Source of the DNA: a plasmid
Sequence record: CP132210.1
Length of the DNA stretch: 64,000 nucleotides
Strand: one strand, 5' to 3'
Shown: positions 18,658-25,314 of the stretch, one piece after another
How the letters are laid out: every line of letters starts with the position of its first letter
Position numbering within the stretch: position 1 is the first letter of the stretch
Notes under the pieces: model-generated
Told to the model about the DNA's origin: nothing
What the model saw: only the letters and a program-made list of their open reading frames with translations
The model's database searches: none
Position numbers and translations under genes: made by a program

Positions 18658-20385
18658 ATGTCTTACTACAAAGCTGACACCGTTCGTGAAGCTGCAAACG
18701 GAAACTGGCTATTCATCCTGGCGGCTCTAGCGCCCCATCTTGAACCAGCTCTCCGTAAACCAGGTCGTCATGTTTCTTGCCCTATCCACGGTGGGAAAGA
18801 TGGCTTCCGCCTGTTCAAGGATGCCCACCTGACTGGTGGCGGCGTATGCAATACATGCGGTGCTAATCATGACGGTTTTGAGTTGCTGATGTGGCTCAAT
18901 AATTGGGACTTTAAGCAGTGTCTGAGCGAGGTTGGTGATTATCTGGGAGTTGAGAAAGAGCAACCCCAGTGTCAACAAGCCGCTGCACCGACACGAGCTC
19001 CTGCACAGGCCAAAGCGCCTGTTCAGCAAGGGCCCATGAAGGTGAATAACAAGGTCCTCGATTCCAAGAATCGCAAAAAATCCATTGCCGGTACTCTGAT
19101 TGCCCACGGTAAAGCTCCCTATGAGCATAACGAAGACAATGAGCTCAGCTACTTTGCCTTCATCCGTGACAGGAGCGGTTTGGAACGCACCATTTGGGGC
19201 GTGGATCTTGAAAGAGCCATCGGTGAAAGCGAAGCCAAGTATGGTGATGAGGTCGTCATGACAAACCTCGGGCGCGAGCCTGTAACTGTCGTCGTTGAAG
19301 TTAAGGACGATCAGGGGAATGTTGTGAGAGAACAACCTATGCAAACGCATCGCAACACCTGGCTGGTGGAACGTCGTGGCGCTTCGGTGACGCAGTTCCG
19401 CGCACGCTCAAACGGTGGTGTTGAGTCGGTGAGTCACCATGTTGAGTTGCCCCCTGTGGTCAACCGCACGGTAGAAGCTCCGGCACCGCAAGCACAAGCT
19501 TCGGCCATACAACTGGAAGGGCAAAGCAGCGAAAACAAGCCGAAAGTTGTTCCAATGTTTCGTGAACAACCCAAGCCTTGGTTGCTTGAGCTCCAAGAGG
19601 AAATGGAGAAGAGAATGGAGCGTGAACGCGCTTACAGCGCTCGCCTCCGTGAGAAAATTGAGAAGGTATGGAACGAGTGTTTGCCGTTCTCTAGTCGTGT
19701 GACTGAACCAATGCGTCTGTATTTCAAAAACCGCGAGCTGCTGTTCAACGTTGATGAAGTAGAAAAAACAGACTGTTTGCGGTTCAATCCGGCTATGCCC
19801 TACTACGACGAAGATGGCAATGAAGTTGGGAAATTCCCGGCTATCGTCTGCGCTATCCGAGATGTGGAAGGCAACCTGGTAACGCTCCACCGCACCTATC
19901 TCACCCAAAACGGTAAAAAAGCCAAGGTTGGCAACGCCAAGAAAATGATGCCCATTCCTGACGGCTTGGATGTTAATGGCGCGGCCATCCGCCTCGGTGA
20001 ACCGAGTGAGGGTATCCTGGGTGTTGCAGAAGGGCTGGAAACGGCTCTGTCCGCTTATCGAGTCACTCAAATTCCGGTTTGGTCAACGGTCAATGCGACC
20101 CTGATGGAGTCCTTCGAGGTTCCAGAAGGTGTTCACACAGTATTGATCTGGGCTGACAAAGATAAGTCTGTGACTGGTGAAAAGTCAGCTAACGTGCTGA
20201 AAGCCAAGCTGGAGAAGCGCGGCATTCGTGTTTACGTCCTGCTGCCTAAACTCCCAATCCCACCCAGAGCGAAAGGGATTGACTGGAACGATGTCCTGAT
20301 GAGTCAGGGAAGCCTCGGTTTCCCAAATGCTCGCTACCTGCGCGATTTTATTGCGAGAAGGAGAGCTGAGTATGCCCGTCATTGA
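18658..20385 (+). CDS. DNA primase (P4-alpha-type zinc-ribbon N-terminus plus C-terminal TOPRIM domain)
   Basis: CPIHGGKDGFRLF...CNTCG Zn-ribbon. TOPRIM-like EGILGVAEGLETALS...LIWADKDKS. CTAAGGAGAAAACCTATG. Confidence 0.7.
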   Translation: MSYYKADTVREAANGNWLFILAALAPHLEPALRKPGRHVSCPIHGGKDGFRLFKDAHLTGGGVCNTCGANHDGFELLMWLNNWDFKQCLSEVGDYLGVEKEQPQCQQAAAPTRAPAQAKAPVQQGPMKVNNKVLDSKNRKKSIAGTLIAHGKAPYEHNEDNELSYFAFIRDRSGLERTIWGVDLERAIGESEAKYGDEVVMTNLGREPVTVVVEVKDDQGNVVREQPMQTHRNTWLVERRGASVTQFRARSNGGVESVSHHVELPPVVNRTVEAPAPQAQASAIQLEGQSSENKPKVVPMFREQPKPWLLELQEEMEKRMERERAYSARLREKIEKVWNECLPFSSRVTEPMRLYFKNRELLFNVDEVEKTDCLRFNPAMPYYDEDGNEVGKFPAIVCAIRDVEGNLVTLHRTYLTQNGKKAKVGNAKKMMPIPDGLDVNGAAIRLGEPSEGILGVAEGLETALSAYRVTQIPVWSTVNATLMESFEVPEGVHTVLIWADKDKSVTGEKSANVLKAKLEKRGIRVYVLLPKLPIPPRAKGIDWNDVLMSQGSLGFPNARYLRDFIARRRAEYARH

Positions 20386-20650
20386 TGTCACGAAGGTTGA
20401 TACGACGCCTGGTAACGACGCAGTATGCCCCTTCTCTCCCCCTGAGGGGTGGGGGGGGGACTCTGCGGCCTATGTTGAGCTTATGCGGTCTCGGTATCGC
20501 CATCTGATGCACGGCCAGAGAATGATGGTGACAGCCTCCTTCGCAAGAAGGGAGCCTATCCAAGTTACCGGTCCGTTCGCTGATGAGGCGATGAAGATCA
20601 TTAGCTCAATGAAGATGAACAAGGCGAAGCCTACAGCTTTGTCTGTCTAA
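20372..20650 (+). CDS. hypothetical protein (contains a G9 homopolymer in the coding sequence)
   Basis: AAGGAGAG RBS. Overlaps the primase 3' end. G9 tract at 20451-20459 encodes GWGGD. Confidence 0.45.
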   Translation: MPVIDVTKVDTTPGNDAVCPFSPPEGWGGDSAAYVELMRSRYRHLMHGQRMMVTASFARREPIQVTGPFADEAMKIISSMKMNKAKPTALSV

Positions 20651-20655
20651 AACCT

Positions 20656-20698
20656 TAACCCGGAGGGGGTGTTCATGCCCTCTCGGGCATGATTCGCC
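20656..20698 (+). repeat. family A 5'-UTR element
   Basis: TTAACCCGGAGGGGG followed by the palindrome CATGCCCTCTCGGGCATG at 20674-20691. Confidence 0.55.
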
Positions 20699-20710
20699 TC
20701 CTCTTCAACT

Positions 20711-20962
20711 ATGGAGGTAATCATGAAAAAGTTTTTGCGTATTAAGACGTGGTTTGTGCGCCTGTTCTCTCCTGACAAGAAGACGCTGGGAGCTATCGGT
20801 GAAGACCTGCGCAAGGTCGCCGTAACAGCTATCGGTGTTGGTATTGTAGGATTGGCTGTATCTGGGGACACCATAACCGTCGAAGAAGCCGGTTTGGTGT
20901 TGGTCATTGGGGTTATCCTGTGGATCTATGGTATAATCTTAACCAAGGTCAGCAATTCCTAA
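20711..20962 (+). CDS. small membrane protein
   Basis: TATGGAGG RBS. Hydrophobic segments AVTAIGVGIVGLAV and LVLVIGVILWIYGIIL. Confidence 0.5.
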   Translation: MEVIMKKFLRIKTWFVRLFSPDKKTLGAIGEDLRKVAVTAIGVGIVGLAVSGDTITVEEAGLVLVIGVILWIYGIILTKVSNS

Positions 20963-20971
20963 GGGGGTCGA

Positions 20972-21088
20972 ATGAACGCATTCACATTAGGCATGTTGGG
21001 GTTGCTCATATTTTTCACTGCCGTCACTGGCGGTAGCCTGTATCTCTACCATGAGAGACAGAAAGAAAAAAAGCATCACAACGCCTGA
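20972..21088 (+). CDS. 38-aa single-pass membrane peptide
   Basis: AAGGGGG RBS, MNAFTLGMLGLLIFFTAVTGGSLYLY..., followed by a strong terminator. Below the ORF-track length cutoff. Confidence 0.3.
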   Translation: MNAFTLGMLGLLIFFTAVTGGSLYLYHERQKEKKHHNA

Positions 21089-21113
21089 GTCATAATCGCG
21101 AACATGAAACAAA

Positions 21114-21140
21114 GGGCCAGCAATAGCTGGCCCTTTTTTT
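21114..21140 (+). terminator. rho-independent terminator closing the 21-kb co-oriented gene array
   Basis: GGGCCAGC-AATA-GCTGGCCC stem followed by T7. Confidence 0.8.
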
Positions 21141-21354
21141 ATGCCTGGCGTTTATGTTTTTTGGTGGGTAGGTAAGTTCCTCAGCAGCGACCAGCAGGTC
21201 ATGTTGGATAAAAATAAAGTGCCACCCCTGAAAATAGAGTTTCATTCTTCAAAATAAAGTTTCATCCTAACTTTAGTGGGATTCGTGGCTTGTATTCAGG
21301 TGTAGATCTGCCAAACAATAGCAACGAACGAATCTACCCTAGAAGGACAACGGA

Positions 21355-21966
21355 ATGAGTTTTGCTAGCTTAATGAGAGACAAGGTTAACGTGTTGAAAG
21401 CTGATGGCACCAAACACGAGGGGATCAAGTGTTCAGTGTCAGGTAGTGACACCATCATGATTATGAGCCCTACGTTTGCTGTTGATCATGATGACCTGGT
21501 TGTGAGAACAACCAGCCTTGGCCAAGATGAAACCTATAAAGTTATTGATCCTAAGTTCAGTGAAGGGAGCGGCAGTGGCGCTATTCCTCCACACTACAAG
21601 TTGAAGGTCAAAAAGCTAGGTATCCCAGAAGCCAAAGCAGCCGTCCAGAGCATCACCTATAACTTCAATGGCCACAACGCTCGGGTCAATAACAGCAGCG
21701 TAGACAACTCCGTGAACACTGTGCAGATAGACAACCGTGCGCAGACCTATATCAATGAGCTACGCGAGGTATTGAAGACTGCTCCGTTGAGCGATTCTGA
21801 ACGTGAAGAGGCTCTTGAAGTAGCTGATGCGATAGAGGCTCAATTTGAATCTGGAAAGCCCAAGAAAAGTGTTATAGGTGCATTGCTAGCTGGTCTCCCG
21901 TCCATTGAATCTGTTTTGTCTATCGCTGCAAGTATCGCTGAACTTGTGCAACAACCCGTCGCTTGA
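21355..21966 (+). CDS. hypothetical protein flanked by GGATGAAAC-like repeats
   Basis: 203 aa with own promoter region. AT-rich repeat-bearing DNA lies upstream and downstream. Confidence 0.55.
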   Translation: MSFASLMRDKVNVLKADGTKHEGIKCSVSGSDTIMIMSPTFAVDHDDLVVRTTSLGQDETYKVIDPKFSEGSGSGAIPPHYKLKVKKLGIPEAKAAVQSITYNFNGHNARVNNSSVDNSVNTVQIDNRAQTYINELREVLKTAPLSDSEREEALEVADAIEAQFESGKPKKSVIGALLAGLPSIESVLSIAASIAELVQQPVA

Positions 21967-22336
21967 TGAAAAATTGAGCAATAGGATGAAACTATATTTT
22001 CATCTGAATGGGATGAACGATACCATCGCTTCAATGTAAGGATGATAGTTTACACTCGAATGGGAACCCAAAGTCGCCACTATTGGCGGCTTTTGTCTAT
22101 ATGTGGGATGTAACTTTATTTCCATCCCACAGGTCAAGCTGGCGACGTCTATCCGGCAGAACCATTGGCGGGGGGGGAGGGGCGTTTGATCCGGGCCTAC
22201 CACCTATCAGGGGATGCTAAATAGACAGTCACCAAGGTTGCATTTTAAAATCCCGTGATAGCATCTAAATGAACCCTATCGAACAGGGGTGCTGGCGGCG
22301 ATGCCGACCACTATCCCAGCAACGGAGAAATTTGCC

Positions 22337-23062
22337 ATGATGATATTGACCACCGTCTCTAAAAAAACATCAAACAACTCAGCTCTTGTTTTTTGGCGCG
22401 TCGGCACAAAGCGAAAAGGCATCCTCGATGTTCATATTGATTTTGATCACGAGGAAGCTGACCTATTGGCTGAGCTCGTAGCCATTCGCTATCTGGCCTT
22501 GGATAAGCAGGTTTTTTGCCGCGAACCTGGTGCCGGTTCTGGTTACAAGCTGGTGGTGTCTAAAGGCGCAATCAAGAAGCTGGCGATGGGCAAATCCAGC
22601 AAGAAGTTTGCTTTCAAGTTTGCTTCTTGCCTCACCGGTCGTCTGAAAGGCGCAACCATTGAGGTCTCGCAGAGCATGGAGTTTATGGATGAGCCAGGGG
22701 AGGGTAATGTCGAGCTCCTCGATGTGGACAAGCAGGCCTATACCCAGACCCATGAGGAAATCTCTACACCGGCCATTGGCCCCGTCCTGGTTACTCAACA
22801 TGCTATCGATCAGTATCAGGCCCGGATAACCTCTGGAGACCCCAAAAAACCGTGGGCCTCACTGGTTGGCCGCCTCCAGCATCCGGAGCTACAGGTCCAG
22901 CCTTTTGACGAGAAGGTTGCTCGCCATAAAGCCAGAAAGTATGGCCGCGTCGATAACGTGGAAGTCTGGGGCCACCGCGATTCCAAGTTCAAGTACCTAA
23001 TGGTGATCAACGATGACAACAAGAAGCGCGTTCTCGTGACGGTGTTTGAGCGCAATGAATGA
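22337..23062 (+). CDS. hypothetical protein
   Basis: GGAG 8 nt upstream of ATG at 22337. The ORF track offers an alternative start at 22289. Confidence 0.5.
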   Translation: MMILTTVSKKTSNNSALVFWRVGTKRKGILDVHIDFDHEEADLLAELVAIRYLALDKQVFCREPGAGSGYKLVVSKGAIKKLAMGKSSKKFAFKFASCLTGRLKGATIEVSQSMEFMDEPGEGNVELLDVDKQAYTQTHEEISTPAIGPVLVTQHAIDQYQARITSGDPKKPWASLVGRLQHPELQVQPFDEKVARHKARKYGRVDNVEVWGHRDSKFKYLMVINDDNKKRVLVTVFERNE

Positions 23063-23117
23063 TGTATTGACCTGGAGCGGGGATATTCACGATATATTTA
23101 AAAGGGAATCAAGGGAA

Positions 23118-23570
23118 ATGAAAAATAAGAAGTTGATAGCTTTGATAATATCCGCTGCCACATCATGCTCGTCAGTTTACGCAGCTACATTACCGGCCAA
23201 TGAGGTGGGCTCATATATACTTGCAATGAACACTATGTCACCGATCACTGCAAAGTACACCATCCAGTACAAGCAAGCAGTTGAGCAGAAATGCAATACG
23301 GTTCTTGGTGTTGAACAACTCAACTCGACGGCATTCACCAATGTTGTTCAGGCAATGGTGAGTAGTGAGACTGTCGATAGAATGGGGCTGGATGCTGCTG
23401 GTGGCTCTCTCCAAGATACTTTGTCTATGATCGGGAAAAACGTCACTTGTAGCGACCTGAACGCGCCATTTAAAGCTCTTCTGGATGATAAAGACTTCAC
23501 TAGCAAGCATCAGCACTTATCGAAGGTTTTGCATACATGGGATGATGTGGTTTCGCAAAGCAAACCATGA
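23118..23570 (+). CDS. secreted protein of unknown function (signal peptide)
   Basis: MKNKKLIALIISAATSCSSVYA signal sequence. Followed by a bidirectional terminator. Confidence 0.55.
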   Translation: MKNKKLIALIISAATSCSSVYAATLPANEVGSYILAMNTMSPITAKYTIQYKQAVEQKCNTVLGVEQLNSTAFTNVVQAMVSSETVDRMGLDAAGGSLQDTLSMIGKNVTCSDLNAPFKALLDDKDFTSKHQHLSKVLHTWDDVVSQSKP

Positions 23571-23580
23571 ATAATAAAAA

Positions 23581-23603
23581 GGAGCCTAACTGGCTCCTTT
23601 TTT
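23581..23603. terminator. bidirectional rho-independent terminator between convergent genes
   Basis: GGAGCC-TAACT-GGCTCC stem with A-run on one side and T-run on the other. Confidence 0.7.
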
Positions 23604-24188
23604 AATGGGGATAATATTGCTTTCATGGATGTTATTTTCACTCGGGATGTGTAACGTTGAAAATGGGGTTCCAAAAAGAGAGTGATCACACAGCTCCCCA
23701 TAATAAATAAGCGACAAGATTTCTTGTTCATTTATTTTACCCACCTTGGAGAGGTAGTTAATTATTGCTGTATCCAGCAAGTCGTGACACCCATTAAGCA
23801 AGTCCACGATACTGGCCGCAGCCTCATTTTCCTCTTCGTCATCTCGACCGGCCAATACCAATTCAAGCCAAGCCTCAAGGCTAGGATGTCCTTCGGCAAG
23901 CTGTATTTGACGGCACTCATTCTCGATCAACTTAGTGATTGCTTCGTTGAGGGTTCCGCCATAAGTCGGCATGTTTAGAACGACACCGAATCCGGGGATT
24001 TCTTTTTGGATTGGCTTTGCATCCTTGGGGGCTGATTTAAGCCATAGAAAAAACCAGATCCCGGAGCTTATGTCTTCTGGCTTGACCTGGTTGGCCGCAA
24101 GGAACTTGGAAACCTCGTTACAGATGATGCCATGTGGTGCGGCCATCTCGTAAATACCCGCCATCAGCTCTTCAAGGCTCTTATACAT
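23586..24188 (-). CDS. hypothetical protein
   Basis: 200-aa ORF convergent with the secreted protein gene. No recognisable motifs. Confidence 0.45.
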   Translation of the reverse strand: MYKSLEELMAGIYEMAAPHGIICNEVSKFLAANQVKPEDISSGIWFFLWLKSAPKDAKPIQKEIPGFGVVLNMPTYGGTLNEAITKLIENECRQIQLAEGHPSLEAWLELVLAGRDDEEENEAAASIVDLLNGCHDLLDTAIINYLSKVGKINEQEILSLIYYGELCDHSLFGTPFSTLHIPSENNIHESNIIPIKKGAS

Positions 24189-24448
24189 ATTATTTCTCGC
24201 ACCCGCACATTATGTATTTCACTATCGCTGTTATGCCGACCCCTCGCAAGTATGTTCCAGCGCGACAATATACCAATTTGCTACAACACCCCAAATTACC
24301 GTATTACGGTAATTATGATGATTACCGTAAATCTGGCGCGATCTCTGTGTGATTGCCTCTACTTATTAAAATGACGCTTTGAAAAAGTAGTGTTTTTGAA
24401 ATAGGATAGGTGGTAGCGAATACCCACTTTTTACGAGGAGCGCGATCA

Positions 24449-24730
24449 GTGATTTTTGATGTAAGAGCGACCTTCGAGATAGCACTCCAGACGGACACCA
24501 ACCTGATACTTATCGATCTGGATCAAGGAGCATCAGTTACGAGCGATGCTGATGCGGTGATCTCCTGGTTGGCCGCAAACCTCGAAGGTGGAATTGGAAA
24601 GCGTAAGGTTTACTACCGGGATACCGACGGACGCTTTGATGAGCTCAAGGTTAATGCCGGTGCATTCGTCGGTTTCGCACCTTGTAGCGAAGGCCAGCAG
24701 ACCGCCTTTTCTAAGATGCTAGGTCAGTAA
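24449..24730 (+). CDS. hypothetical protein
   Basis: GAGGAG then GTG at 24449. The track gives an alternative start at 24410. Confidence 0.4.
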   Translation: MIFDVRATFEIALQTDTNLILIDLDQGASVTSDADAVISWLAANLEGGIGKRKVYYRDTDGRFDELKVNAGAFVGFAPCSEGQQTAFSKMLGQ

Positions 24731-24748
24731 CCCTGAGTGGAGAACTCG

Positions 24749-25312
24749 ATGCCAAACGAAAACAAATTGTGGGAGAGGCCCACGAAAAATGTCATCTTCA
24801 TCAGCCAGTCTGAGGCCGAAAGGCTGGAGCCAGTAGCCGGTGCGGCCATGATCTCCATAACTGATCCTGATAAGTCCCCTGCCACTCTCGGTCCGTGGGA
24901 GCTGCTGTACCGCGATAGCTTCTATGATGGCGGCTATTCTGAGAGCACTATCCACACGATGAAGGCTGCGTTCCGGATGAATTACGCCTCCTATATCGAC
25001 TCTTCTCAGGCTGAAAGGCTGTCCACCTTCCTGGATGGATTGGCTGGTAGTGGTATCGATCAGATCTTCGTTCATTGCTATTACGGCGAATCAAGAAGTG
25101 GCGCGATAGCGCTGTACCTCCAGAACAAACATGGATTCACCCCGAACAAGCCAATCACCAAGCCCAACCGAACAGTTTACGAGTTGCTGTGCAACCCAGC
25201 CAAGTTTGAACCGCTGATACAAAGCTACGAAACGCAAGATATAGAGGAGGATCCACCTCTCCACCTCAAAATATGGGATTTGCTTCTCGTTGCGGTGGGG
25301 CTTAGGAGGTAA
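24749..25312 (+). CDS. putative protein phosphatase of the Cys-X5-Arg (tyrosine/dual-specificity phosphatase-like) type
   Basis: VHCYYGESRSGA matches the HCX5R(S/T) P-loop. GGAG 5 nt upstream of ATG at 24749. Confidence 0.45.
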   Translation: MPNENKLWERPTKNVIFISQSEAERLEPVAGAAMISITDPDKSPATLGPWELLYRDSFYDGGYSESTIHTMKAAFRMNYASYIDSSQAERLSTFLDGLAGSGIDQIFVHCYYGESRSGAIALYLQNKHGFTPNKPITKPNRTVYELLCNPAKFEPLIQSYETQDIEEDPPLHLKIWDLLLVAVGLRR

Positions 25313-25314
25313 CT

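Noticed and set aside
1-21140. Periodic short repeats separated by variable sequence: could this be a CRISPR array?
   Set aside because: Repeat units are variable in length and sequence beyond a short 5' motif. 'Spacers' are 0.2-2.5 kb and are bona fide genes with RBSs. No cas genes are present. These are intergenic regulatory elements, not CRISPR repeats.
21141-21354. Possible tRNA gene or att site in the AT-rich region after the array terminator
   Set aside because: No cloverleaf-compatible segment, T-loop GTTCRANNC or acceptor stem was found. The region is better explained by promoter and operator repeats.
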